DNA of 34,369 nt from Bacillota bacterium (GTDB lineage Bacteria; Bacillota; UBA994): NCBI GenBank assembly GCA_018725275.1, contig QLUC01000002.1, positions 1 through 34,369 on the forward strand. The letters are read 5' to 3'. The position numbers and the translations under genes were made by a program. The notes beneath the pieces were generated by a model that did not search any database, had not been told where the DNA came from, and saw only the letters and a list, made by a program, of their open reading frames with translations. Below, piece by piece: positions 1-8,871 of this stretch. Every line of letters starts with the position of its first letter. The first letter of the stretch is position 1.

Positions 1-831
1 TCTATCCTAGCAGAAGCCAGGCTACTCACTACCCTTCCCAATTTCAAAGGCTACATTCACGACATCGGGGGCCCTACGGCGAATTTTCATGCCGCGGCCT
101 GCGAAAAACAACAAGACCTCGGGGCCTGCCAAGACAAAGAATGCCTTGCGCCCGAGCCATGCAAATTACTTCAGGCCGATCACAGTGAGTATTTAGGGCT
201 GCTGCGGGAAGTGCGTAGACTGCCTGGTGTGAAAAAAGTATTTGTGCGTTCAGGAGTGAGGTTTGACTACGTTGTCCTCGATGACGATGAAAGCTTTCTC
301 AAGGAGCTTTGTGAGCATCATACCTCAGGGCAGTTAAAAATCGCGCCAGAACACGTTTCCCCGCGCGTTCTCCGCCTCATGGGTAAGCCACCGCGGCGCG
401 TTTACGAAGAATTTGTTGCTCGTTTTACCAAATTTAATAAAGCACTAGCCAAGGAGCAGTACTTAGTGCCATACTTTATGTCAAGCCATCCTGGTAGCAC
501 CGTGGGAGATGCAGTGCTCCTTGCCGAGTACCTTCGCGACCATAATATTCGCCCCCAGCAGGTGCAAGACTTCATACCCACTCCGGGCTCTCTGTCTACC
601 TGCATGTACTATACAGGGATGCATCCTTTGACCGGTGAGAAAGTGCATGTCCCTTCTACCGCAGCAGAGAAAAAAATGCAACGAGCACTGCTACAGTATT
701 TCTTGCCGCAGAACCATGTCTTGGTGCGTCAAGCCTTGCGCAGTGTCAACAGGGGGGACCTGGTTGGTTACGGCCCAAAGTGCTTGGTCCCTCCGGAACA
801 AATTCGGTCGCCGAGAAACAGAAAAAGATGA
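1..831 (+). CDS. YgiQ-family (UPF0313) radical SAM protein, C-terminal part; 5' end cut by the window edge
   Basis: Frame 1 is open from base 1 (SILAEARLLTTLPNFKGYIHDIGGPTANFHAAAC...) and runs into the track ORF 211..831. The GGPTANF and SSHPGS-type motifs and the basic C-terminal tail are typical of YgiQ proteins. Confidence 0.8.
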   Translation, partial: SILAEARLLTTLPNFKGYIHDIGGPTANFHAAACEKQQDLGACQDKECLAPEPCKLLQADHSEYLGLLREVRRLPGVKKVFVRSGVRFDYVVLDDDESFLKELCEHHTSGQLKIAPEHVSPRVLRLMGKPPRRVYEEFVARFTKFNKALAKEQYLVPYFMSSHPGSTVGDAVLLAEYLRDHNIRPQQVQDFIPTPGSLSTCMYYTGMHPLTGEKVHVPSTAAEKKMQRALLQYFLPQNHVLVRQALRSVNRGDLVGYGPKCLVPPEQIRSPRNRKR

Positions 832-852
832 TTTAGTTACGGGAGGACAAAG

Positions 853-2181
853 ATGCACATCGGGATAGTTACTTTAGGATGCACCAAGAACCAAGTGGAC
901 AGCGAACTGATGCAGGGATTGCTGAAGGCAGAAGGCAATAAAATCGTCCCCGACCTAGAGGAAGCGGACATTGTGCTTGTCAATACCTGTGGATTTATTC
1001 AAGCAGCCAAAGAGGAGTCCATTGCGGCTATATTATCCGCAGCCCAATATAAGAGCGGTCGTTGCCAAAAGCTTTTAGTGGCAGGATGTTTATCGCAGCG
1101 GTATGCAGAGCAATTGATGACGGATATTCCGGAAATCGACGGCATGGTTGGTACGGGGAGTTTTACCTCCATCTGTTCGGTTCTGCAACAGGTGATGCTC
1201 GGAGAAAGGGTCCTCGCGGTAGGCGAAGCCAGTTATGACTACGAAGAATTTATTGAAAGGGACAGTTCTGTCAGTTATTCTACTTATATAAAAATAGCTG
1301 AAGGCTGTAGCAACTGGTGTTCTTACTGTGCCATTCCCCTGGTCAGGGGAGAATATCGCAGCCGTACTATCGAAAGTATTTTGCGCGAGAGCAGACATTT
1401 AGCAGATAAAGGAGCTAGAGAAATAAACCTAATCGCCCAAGACACCACCCGCTATGGCCTAGACCTCTATGGCCGGCCTCGTTTAGTAGACTTGCTAGAG
1501 AAACTCCAGACAATCGCAGGTATTGAATGGATCCGCTTATTGTACTGTTATCCGGACTTTATTACACAGGAATTAATCGAGGCACTGGCTTCGTTCTCTA
1601 AGGTCTGCCAGTACATGGACCTGCCATTGCAGCATATCAGTCCGCGGATACTTAAAGCCATGAACCGCCGTGGCACTAAAGACGAGATTATTTCCTTGCT
1701 GGTGAGACTGAGGGAACGCATGCCTAGAATTACCCTACGCACTACTTTCATTGTTGGTTTTCCGGGTGAGACCGATGAGGAATTTCGTGAGTTAGCGGAT
1801 TTTATCAAAGAAGTGGAATTTGACCACGTGGGCGTTTTTAAATACTCGCGCGAGGAGGACACTGCTGCTGATTCCCTCCCTGACCAGGTCAGCGAAAAAG
1901 TCAAGGAGGTAAGGTTCCGCGAACTGATGACAATTCAGCAACAAATCAGCAGGAAGAAGAATCAGAAGGCCATCGGCTCGGTTGTGCAGGTACTAGTGGA
2001 AGGACCTTGGATTGAAGGCGACGGCATTGTGGGCAGGGCCAGGAAAGACGCCCCCGAAGTAGATGGGAAAGTCTACGTCACCGGGGCGCAAGTAGCCATA
2101 GGTCAGTTGGTAAAAGTCTTAGTGCAGGAAGCTTCCGAATACGATTTATTTGGGGTGTTAGCCAGTGAATTTAGCCAATAA
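853..2181 (+). CDS. rimO: Ribosomal protein S12 methylthiotransferase RimO (radical SAM MTTase with TRAM domain)
   Basis: N-terminal MTTase cysteines (LGCTKNQVDSE, NTCGF, AGCL), radical SAM CSNWCSYC, and a C-terminal TRAM-like segment. GGGAGG RBS lies upstream of ATG 853. The gene sits directly before pgsA, as is common in Clostridia. Confidence 0.9.
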   Translation: MHIGIVTLGCTKNQVDSELMQGLLKAEGNKIVPDLEEADIVLVNTCGFIQAAKEESIAAILSAAQYKSGRCQKLLVAGCLSQRYAEQLMTDIPEIDGMVGTGSFTSICSVLQQVMLGERVLAVGEASYDYEEFIERDSSVSYSTYIKIAEGCSNWCSYCAIPLVRGEYRSRTIESILRESRHLADKGAREINLIAQDTTRYGLDLYGRPRLVDLLEKLQTIAGIEWIRLLYCYPDFITQELIEALASFSKVCQYMDLPLQHISPRILKAMNRRGTKDEIISLLVRLRERMPRITLRTTFIVGFPGETDEEFRELADFIKEVEFDHVGVFKYSREEDTAADSLPDQVSEKVKEVRFRELMTIQQQISRKKNQKAIGSVVQVLVEGPWIEGDGIVGRARKDAPEVDGKVYVTGAQVAIGQLVKVLVQEASEYDLFGVLASEFSQ

Positions 2182-2701
2182 AATAACACTTAGTAGAATT
2201 TTTCTTTTACCGGTATTCCTCTTTTTTATTTCGCAACAACCGCGGTTCGGTTCTTTCATCGCTGTTCTGGTTTTTGTAGTAGCAGCTGCCACTGACGGCT
2301 TGGATGGGTACATTGCGCGCAAGAAAAAACAGGTGACCAAGCTTGGCCAACTGCTCGACCCATTGGCCGATAAACTCCTCGTCATGTCAGCGCTAGTTTC
2401 CTTGGTGGAGCAAGCGGCCCTGCCGGCGTGGATTGCCATTATCATTCTGGCGCGGGAATTTGCCGTGACTGGTCTCCGCGGGGTAGCGGCTGCGGAAGGC
2501 AAAGTGATTGCTGCCAGCAAGTTCGCCAAGCTCAAGACTGTGACCCAGATCGTGGCTATCGTCGCAGTCATGCTGAATAACTATCCGTTTTCCCTCATCG
2601 GGTTTCCCTTTACAACGATAGCCTTGGCCATCGCCGTAATTTTTACCATTCTTTCTGCGCTTGAATATTTTCGTGATGCCGTTCCCTTGCTCGAATCATA
2701 G
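2165..2701 (+). CDS. pgsA: CDP-diacylglycerol--glycerol-3-phosphate 3-phosphatidyltransferase
   Basis: CDP-alcohol phosphatidyltransferase motif DGLDGYIARKKKQVTKLGQLLDPLADK and multiple hydrophobic helices. GTG start overlaps the rimO end by 17 nt. Confidence 0.9.
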   Translation: MNLANKITLSRIFLLPVFLFFISQQPRFGSFIAVLVFVVAAATDGLDGYIARKKKQVTKLGQLLDPLADKLLVMSALVSLVEQAALPAWIAIIILAREFAVTGLRGVAAAEGKVIAASKFAKLKTVTQIVAIVAVMLNNYPFSLIGFPFTTIALAIAVIFTILSALEYFRDAVPLLES

Positions 2702-2708
2702 CAGAGCC

Positions 2709-3428
2709 CTAGGACTGCGCCAGATCGAACAACAGCACTTCGGCTTCCTCTCCTCGCGCCAGGATATTGTGGGGGGAGGAGGTTTTGAGGGCATCTCCCG
2801 CTCTCAATAAATGGCCGTTGACCTCTATGTTCCCCTTTATTACATGCACATACGCCATGCGAGAGGGGTCGAGATCATAAACTATTCCCTCAGAACCGTG
2901 AACCGCGCCGAGATACAACATGGCGTCTTGACGGATGGTCACCAGAGGGGCGTGCTCATCGGCTGAGGCAATAAGGCCTAGACGGCCTCGAGCGAAGCCG
3001 GGCGGTAGCTTTTTTTGGGCATAGCTAGGGGCAACTCCGCGCACATTGGGTTCTATCCATATCTGCAGAAGGTGCGTGCTGACCGCTCCGTTGTTGAATT
3101 CACTGTGGCGCATGCCAGTGCCGGCGGTAATGCGCTGTACTTCATACGGCCCAATCGTCGAGGAATGCCCCATAGAATCTTCATGATGCAACTGACCGCT
3201 GAGGACAAGGGTGATTATCTCCATGTCGCGATGGGCGTGCATGCCAAAGCCGTGGCCAGGCTCCACATAGTCCTCATTGATGACGCGAAGAGCTCCGAAG
3301 CCCATGTGCAGGGCATCATAGTAATCGGCGAACGAAAAAGAATGAGAGGTCTTTAACCAACCGTGGTTCGCTTGCCCGCGGTCCTCACGCCTGCGAATTG
3401 TTTCAGCATAGCTAGCTTTTCTTGACAT
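2709..3428 (-). CDS. Pirin-family (bicupin) protein
   Basis: Pirin N-terminal signature HGWLKTSHSFSFADYYD...GFGMHAHRDMEIITLVLSGQLHHEDSMG. AGGAGGA RBS precedes ATG on the minus strand. Confidence 0.9.
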   Translation of the reverse strand: MSRKASYAETIRRREDRGQANHGWLKTSHSFSFADYYDALHMGFGALRVINEDYVEPGHGFGMHAHRDMEIITLVLSGQLHHEDSMGHSSTIGPYEVQRITAGTGMRHSEFNNGAVSTHLLQIWIEPNVRGVAPSYAQKKLPPGFARGRLGLIASADEHAPLVTIRQDAMLYLGAVHGSEGIVYDLDPSRMAYVHVIKGNIEVNGHLLRAGDALKTSSPHNILARGEEAEVLLFDLAQS

Positions 3429-3559
3429 CTTGATCCTCCTAAAGTGGTAATCGTCTACTACAACTCAAGTATACCATAATATGACTTTCTGCGCAGGACA
3501 TCAGAAACTCGGTGCTAAGTCGATCCGCGCATTTTGTTATAGTAAAGGAAGGGTGCTAT

Positions 3560-4804
3560 GTGGTGAAGGCAGAAATAATTTCTGTGGGGACGGAGCTTTT
3601 GCTAGGTCAAATAGTCAACACCAATGCCCAATTTTTGGCGTTGCAGATGGCTGAACTGGGCATAGGTTTGTATTTTCAGACGGTGGTGGGCGACAACGAG
3701 ATGCGTTTGATGGAGGCTGTGCATCAGGCATTAGCGCGGGCTGATGTGCTTATCATCACCGGTGGGCTAGGGCCGACTGAAGACGACATCACAAGGGAAA
3801 CAGTGGCGAAAGCCTTCGCTAAGGATCTCGTCTACGTTCCGGAAATTGAAGCTGAATTACAACGTATTTTCTCCGGTAGGGAAATGCCCGCGAATAATCT
3901 TCGCCAAGCCTATCTACCCAGGGGAGCGGTGGTCCTGCCAAACCCACACGGCACGGCTCCGGGTCTGGCCTTGAAACACCATCTCGGTCAATTGATCTTT
4001 CTCCTGCCTGGTCCCCCCAGGGAAATGCAACCGATGTTTCGAAATTTCGTCATACCCTACCTACAAGAGCAGGGCATGTTGAACGGACGGGTTATTTCGC
4101 GGACGTTGCACTTTGTGGGCATTGGGGAGTCGAAAGTGGCCGAGGTCCTCAGTGATTTAATCTCCAACCAAAGTGTGCCCACTATCGCTCTATACAGTAA
4201 GTTAGGAGAGGTCGATGTGCGTCTGACAGCGCACACCACGGGCGTTGCGGCAGCTGACAGCTTGTTTTCTTCCGTGAGGGCCGCAATTTTGGCTAGACTA
4301 CAACCCTATTTCTATGGTGAGGATGAGTGCACCCTTGCTCGGGCGGTAGGAGAGGCTCTAGGCTCAAGGGGACATCTCTTGGCAGTTGCCGAGTCTTGTA
4401 CTGGCGGGATGATCGGGCACCTAATTACCAATGAATCGGGTTCTTCTGCATACTTTCTCGGCAGCCTGGTCTGTTATGCCAACGAGGTCAAAACTCAGTT
4501 ACTAGGAGTACAGGAAGCTACCCTCGAGCAGTTTGGGGCGGTATCGGAAGAGTGCGCCCGCGAAATGTTAAGGGGTGCCTTGCGGCTAAAGAATGCTACG
4601 GTTGGCCTAGCGGTCACCGGCATTGCCGGTCCACTAGGCGGCACAGCGGAAAAACCTGTGGGCACTGTCTGGTTGGCCGCCGGATGCCGTTCGGTCGTGA
4701 AGACTAAGCAGCTTAGCCTCACGGGTGATAGAGAAGCAATTAAGGAGCGCGCCGCACGGCTAGCCTTAGCGCTTCTACTCAACCTTTTGCGAGAAGGAAA
4801 GTAG
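3560..4804 (+). CDS. cinA: CinA: competence/damage-inducible protein, MoCF-binding domain plus PncC NMN-deamidase domain
   Basis: N-terminal KAEIISVGTELLLGQIVNTN and ITGGLGPTEDD, with C-terminal AESCTGG motif. The track ORF starts at 3512, but the AAGGAAGG RBS (3545-3552) favours GTG at 3560 or 3563. Confidence 0.88.
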   Translation: MVKAEIISVGTELLLGQIVNTNAQFLALQMAELGIGLYFQTVVGDNEMRLMEAVHQALARADVLIITGGLGPTEDDITRETVAKAFAKDLVYVPEIEAELQRIFSGREMPANNLRQAYLPRGAVVLPNPHGTAPGLALKHHLGQLIFLLPGPPREMQPMFRNFVIPYLQEQGMLNGRVISRTLHFVGIGESKVAEVLSDLISNQSVPTIALYSKLGEVDVRLTAHTTGVAAADSLFSSVRAAILARLQPYFYGEDECTLARAVGEALGSRGHLLAVAESCTGGMIGHLITNESGSSAYFLGSLVCYANEVKTQLLGVQEATLEQFGAVSEECAREMLRGALRLKNATVGLAVTGIAGPLGGTAEKPVGTVWLAAGCRSVVKTKQLSLTGDREAIKERAARLALALLLNLLREGK

Positions 4805-4833
4805 TTGCGAACAACTGTTCGTTAGTATATAAT
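4805..4833 (+). promoter_or_regulatory. Candidate sigma-A promoter of recA (TTGCGA-17 nt-TATAAT)
   Basis: TTGCGA at 4805-4810 and TATAAT at 4828-4833 with a 17-nt spacer, about 30 nt upstream of the recA start. Confidence 0.6.
4808..4821. promoter_or_regulatory. LexA (Cheo/SOS) box CGAACAACTGTTCG
   Basis: Perfect GAAC-N4-GTTC palindrome with flanking C/G, matching the Gram-positive LexA consensus CGAAC-N4-GTTCG. It lies inside the spacer of the putative recA promoter. Confidence 0.75.
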
Positions 4834-4864
4834 CGTAGCAATGAGAGAGGCAGGGGGTTTAGTT

Positions 4865-5890
4865 ATGGAGAAGAAAAAGGCTCTAGAGATGGCACTGCAT
4901 CAGATAGAAAAGCAGTTTGGTAAAGGTTCCATTATGCGTCTAGGTGGCGAACAGCTGATGGCCCTAGAGGTCATATCTACTGGGGCGCTCTCGCTTGACA
5001 TCGCTCTTGGCATTGGTGGGGTTCCGCGAGGTCGGATTATCGAGGTGTTTGGTCCTGAGTCTAGCGGTAAGACAACCGTGGCCCTGCACATTATTGCCGA
5101 AGCCCAAAAGAATAAGGGCGTGGCTGCCTTTATAGATGCGGAGCACGCACTCGATGCTTCCTATGCTCGCAAACTTGGGGTCAACATAGAGGACCTGCTC
5201 GTTTCCCAGCCGGACACCGGTGAGCAAGCCTTGGAAATTGCCGAAGCATTAGTCCGTAGCGGGGCGCTTGATGTGGTGGTAATTGATTCTGTTGCCGCTC
5301 TCGTCCCGCGGGCTGAAATCGAAGGGGAAATGGGCGATGCCCACGTCGGTCTGCAGGCCCGCCTCATGTCCCAAGCCTTGCGCAAACTAGCCGGTGCGAT
5401 CAGTAAGTCGAAAACTACCGCTATCTTCATCAACCAGCTCCGCGAAAAGGTTGGTGTCATGTTTGGTAATCCTGAGACAACTCCAGGCGGCAGAGCACTG
5501 AAATTCTATGCCTCAGTGCGCCTTGAGGTCAGGCGCATTGAGTCCATTAAGTCCGGACAAGAAGTTGTCGGCAACCGCACCCGTGTCAAGGTGGTTAAGA
5601 ACAAGGTTGCTCCCCCCTTCCGTCAGGCGGACTTTGATATTATTTATGGGGAGGGCATTTCGCGGGAAGGAAGCATTCTCGATACGGGTGCTGATATCAA
5701 CGTGGTTGTTAAGAGTGGGGCCTGGTACTCCTTCGAGGAAGAACGTCTCGGACAGGGCAGAGAGAACGCCAAACAGTACTTACGAGAGCATCCCGAGGTT
5801 TCCACCAAAATTGAGGCTCGCATCCGTGAGAGTCTTAAACTAGGTCAAGTGCCACACAAGAGTGAGGGAGAAGTTTTTGAAGAGCAGTGA
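4865..5890 (+). CDS. recA: Recombinase RecA
   Basis: Canonical RecA sequence: [12 protein letters not shown], Walker [31 protein letters not shown] 4865 (MEKKKALE...) is preferred over the track start 4841, based on the purine-rich RBS and the usual RecA N-terminus. Confidence 0.97.
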   Translation: MEKKKALEMALHQIEKQFGKGSIMRLGGEQLMALEVISTGALSLDIALGIGGVPRGRIIEVFGPESSGKTTVALHIIAEAQKNKGVAAFIDAEHALDASYARKLGVNIEDLLVSQPDTGEQALEIAEALVRSGALDVVVIDSVAALVPRAEIEGEMGDAHVGLQARLMSQALRKLAGAISKSKTTAIFINQLREKVGVMFGNPETTPGGRALKFYASVRLEVRRIESIKSGQEVVGNRTRVKVVKNKVAPPFRQADFDIIYGEGISREGSILDTGADINVVVKSGAWYSFEEERLGQGRENAKQYLREHPEVSTKIEARIRESLKLGQVPHKSEGEVFEEQ

Positions 5891-6338
5891 GGCCAAGGAA
5901 ATTGCGCTGCGCCTGTTAGCGCGGCGCGATTATACCCGAGCTGAGCTAAGCCAGAAACTGCGCGAGCGCAGTTTCTCCAGCGACCTTGTGGCTGAAATTT
6001 GCGATGCTTTGGTGGAGAATGGCTTTCTTGATGATCAGAGAGTAGCAACTAGACTGCTCGCTACTGCTCTGGAAACAGATGACATGGGCAGTGCTCGTCT
6101 CGCTCAATTGTTGCACAAGAGGAAGCTCAGCCGCTCTATGTTCGAAGAAACAATGGCAAGCTTCCATGCGCATGTTGATGAAGTGGAGCGAGCAACAGCG
6201 CTCGCCGAACGCTTCATTAATGCTGGCTTAAAGAGAGCTGCCATCGAGAGAAGGCTCTGGCAAAGAGGGATGCCTGCCCATGCCGTGCGAGCTGCCGTAG
6301 CCAATGTCAATCTTGACAAGGAAGTCGAAGAGGGCTAA
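5877..6338 (+). CDS. recX: RecA regulator RecX
   Basis: RecX-like helical repeats ([19 protein letters not shown]...FLDDQRVA). TTG 5877 sits 6 nt after GAGGGAG; GTG 5862 is the alternative start. The gene overlaps the recA 3' end. Confidence 0.85.
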   Translation: MKSSEAKEIALRLLARRDYTRAELSQKLRERSFSSDLVAEICDALVENGFLDDQRVATRLLATALETDDMGSARLAQLLHKRKLSRSMFEETMASFHAHVDEVERATALAERFINAGLKRAAIERRLWQRGMPAHAVRAAVANVNLDKEVEEG

Positions 6339-6415
6339 AATGTTCCCAGAGAGTAGAAATTCTCTTTGCTAGTTGTAATGGACCTTGATGAGTACCGCGT
6401 GGGATCCCCTATGCT

Positions 6416-6441
6416 GGCCGAGGGTTCTCGGCCATTTTTTT
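6416..6441 (+). terminator. Rho-independent terminator after recA-recX
   Basis: GGCCGAG-GGTT-CTCGGCC hairpin (7-bp GC-rich stem) followed by A+T7 (6434-6441). Confidence 0.75.
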
Positions 6442-6473
6442 GTAGTAATTCTCAAAGAAAGGAGGAGAGGGAT

Positions 6474-8012
6474 ATCGAATATTTTCTATTGGTTCTGAGT
6501 TTGCTAGCATTACCTGCCGCGGCTTTCGGCGGCTATCTATACCGAAAAAGAGTCAGTGAGAAAGTCATTGGTGAGGCGGAGATTGTTGCCACACAGAGAC
6601 TTGAAGAGGCTAAAAAACAAGCCGAAGCAAAGAAGCGAGAGTCCGTACTTGAGGCTAAAGATGAAGTGTATAAATTGCGCCAAGAATTCGAACGTGAAAT
6701 CAAGGAACGAAGGGCCGAGGTGCAACGCACTGAGCGTCGTCTCGTGCAAAAAGATGAAACTCTTGATAGAAAAATCGAACAACTCGAGCGCAAAGAAGAG
6801 GGCCTCACACGGAAAGATGCCGAAGCACAAAAGTTAAAGGAACGGGCGGAACAATTAGTCGACAAGCAGCAGGCTGAATTAGAGAAGGTGGCTGCCTTGT
6901 CCAATGAGGAAGCGCGTCATTTACTTTTAGCCAACGTGGAACGAGAAATTCGCCATGATACTTCGGTTATGATCCGCGAAATTGAACAAGAAGCACGCGA
7001 AGAGGCGGACAAGCGCGCCCGCGAGATCGTCACAGTAGCCATACAGCGCTGTGCAGCCGATCACACTGCGGAGACTACGGTGTCTGTTGTGTCCCTGCCT
7101 AATGATGAAATGAAGGGTCGCATTATCGGTCGTGAAGGCCGCAATATTCGTGCTTTAGAAACGCTGACTGGTATAGACTTGATCATTGACGACACACCTG
7201 AGGCGGTGATAATCTCAGGATTTGACCCGGTGCGCCGGGAAGTGGCACGTATTGCCCTAGAGCGTCTCATTGTCGACGGACGCATTCACCCAGCGCGCAT
7301 TGAAGAAATGGTAGAGAAGGCTCAGAAAGACGTTGAGCAGCGCATTCGCGAAGAAGGTGAAAAGGCTGTCTTTGACGTCGGCATTCACAATATGAACCCT
7401 GAGATCATCAAACTGCTTGGTAGATTGCGATATCGCACCAGCTATGGGCAGAACGTGCTCAAGCATTCTTTAGAAGTAGCTCACTTAGCTGGCGCTATGG
7501 CTGCGGAATTAGGTGTAGACATCCACCTGGCGAAACGCGCCGGACTGCTGCATGACTTGGGTAAGGCTATTGATCACGAAACGGAAGGACCCCATGTGTC
7601 CATCGGGGCCGATCTTGCCAAAAAATTTCGTGAAAATGCACAAGTGGTCAATGCTATCGCCTCGCACCACGGCGACATAGCAGCGACGTCGGTCGAGGCG
7701 GTTCTAGTGGCTGCTGCTGATGCAATCTCCGCGGCTCGGCCGGGGGCCCGTCGGGAGAGCCTCGAGAACTACATCAAACGACTACAAAAACTCGAGGAAA
7801 TCGGTTCGTCTTTTGAAGGCGTAGACAAGGTATACGCTATACAGGCTGGCCGTGAAATCAGGATTATTGTTAAACCAGATAAGATTGATGATCTGTCTGC
7901 GGTTAGGGTAGCGCGGGAGATTACAAAGCGCATCGAGAATGAGCTTGAGTATCCTGGCCAAATCCGTGTGACCGTCATTAGGGAAACAAGGGCAGTCGAA
8001 CTAGCAAAATAG
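6474..8012 (+). CDS. rny: Ribonuclease Y (N-terminal TM helix, coiled coil, KH and HD domains)
   Basis: KH motif [15 protein letters not shown]; HD motif [10 protein letters not shown]...LLHDLGK; N-terminal hydrophobic helix followed by YLYRKR. The start is uncertain. The track start 6366 lies upstream of the terminator at 6416-6441. The strong AAAGGAGGAG RBS (6458-6467) points to in-frame ATC 6474, with TTG 6489 as the alternative. Confidence 0.88.
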   Translation: MEYFLLVLSLLALPAAAFGGYLYRKRVSEKVIGEAEIVATQRLEEAKKQAEAKKRESVLEAKDEVYKLRQEFEREIKERRAEVQRTERRLVQKDETLDRKIEQLERKEEGLTRKDAEAQKLKERAEQLVDKQQAELEKVAALSNEEARHLLLANVEREIRHDTSVMIREIEQEAREEADKRAREIVTVAIQRCAADHTAETTVSVVSLPNDEMKGRIIGREGRNIRALETLTGIDLIIDDTPEAVIISGFDPVRREVARIALERLIVDGRIHPARIEEMVEKAQKDVEQRIREEGEKAVFDVGIHNMNPEIIKLLGRLRYRTSYGQNVLKHSLEVAHLAGAMAAELGVDIHLAKRAGLLHDLGKAIDHETEGPHVSIGADLAKKFRENAQVVNAIASHHGDIAATSVEAVLVAAADAISAARPGARRESLENYIKRLQKLEEIGSSFEGVDKVYAIQAGREIRIIVKPDKIDDLSAVRVAREITKRIENELEYPGQIRVTVIRETRAVELAK

Positions 8013-8016
8013 CAAT

Positions 8017-8045
8017 GTAAGAGCCGAGCTATGCTCGGCTCTTAC
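8017..8045 (+). terminator. 13-bp perfect hairpin between rny and ymdB, possibly a partial terminator or processing/stability element
   Basis: GTAAGAGCCGAGC-TAT-GCTCGGCTCTTAC with no U-tract downstream. The ymdB start follows 15 nt later. Confidence 0.4.
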
Positions 8046-8059
8046 TACAGGGGGCGCTT

Positions 8060-8848
8060 ATGTTAAACATTCTTTTTCTCGGCGACATCGTCGGCCGTCC
8101 AGGGAGGGAAGCGGTGCAAAAATTGCTGCCGCAAATCCGCCAGCAATACAGTATAAACTATTGCATCGCTAATGGGGAGAATGCCGCGCATGGCACTGGT
8201 CTCACGCGGGATGTGGCGGATGAACTTTTTTCTCTTGGAATTGACGTCATCACGGGTGGAAATCACATTTGGGATAAAAAAGAAATCCTTTCCTTTATTG
8301 ACGATTACCCCCGTGTTGTCCGGCCATACAACTACCCCCCTGGTGCTCCGGGGAGGGGGGTTTTTGTGACCGAACTAGGTATGCCCCCGCGGCCATTGGC
8401 GGTTATTAGTCTCATGGGTCGTGTTTTCATGCCTCCGGTCGACTGCCCCTTCCGTGCGGTCGATTGTGCCCTCGCCGAACTCCCCCGTGATACAACCGTG
8501 CTCATCGATTTTCACGCTGAAGCCACCTCAGAAAAACTAGCTCTCGGGTTTTATTTGGATGGCAGGGTCACAGCAATAGTCGGGACGCACACCCATGTCC
8601 AAACGGCTGACGAACGTTTGTTGCCTAAGGGGACCGCTTATTTGTCTGATGTTGGCATGTGTGGTCCTCATTTTTCAGTTCTGGGGATTCAAGTTGATGC
8701 CGTGGTGCGTCGGTTTACGTCGGGCTTACCGACAAAATTTGACGTAGCTGACGGCGTAGGCATCCTGTCTGGTGTGGTGCTCCGCATTGACCCAGTGAGC
8801 CGACAAGTTGTTTCTGTTCCTGAGAGAATTCAGCGGTTGATACCTTAA
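8060..8848 (+). CDS. ymdB: YmdB-family metallophosphoesterase (2',3'-cyclic-nucleotide phosphodiesterase, TIGR00282-like)
   Basis: LFLGDIVGRPGR, NGENAAHGTGLT, GNHIWDKKE and GTHTHVQTADE motifs. Conserved position directly after rny. Confidence 0.9.
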   Translation: MLNILFLGDIVGRPGREAVQKLLPQIRQQYSINYCIANGENAAHGTGLTRDVADELFSLGIDVITGGNHIWDKKEILSFIDDYPRVVRPYNYPPGAPGRGVFVTELGMPPRPLAVISLMGRVFMPPVDCPFRAVDCALAELPRDTTVLIDFHAEATSEKLALGFYLDGRVTAIVGTHTHVQTADERLLPKGTAYLSDVGMCGPHFSVLGIQVDAVVRRFTSGLPTKFDVADGVGILSGVVLRIDPVSRQVVSVPERIQRLIP

Positions 8849-8871
8849 ATGGCGACGAGGAGGACAGATTC

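Noticed and set aside
6375-6382. Isolated copy of the operator half-site TAATGGAC upstream of rny.
   Set aside because: About one occurrence of a given 8-mer is expected by chance in a window of this size counted on both strands, and there is no partner half-site nearby.
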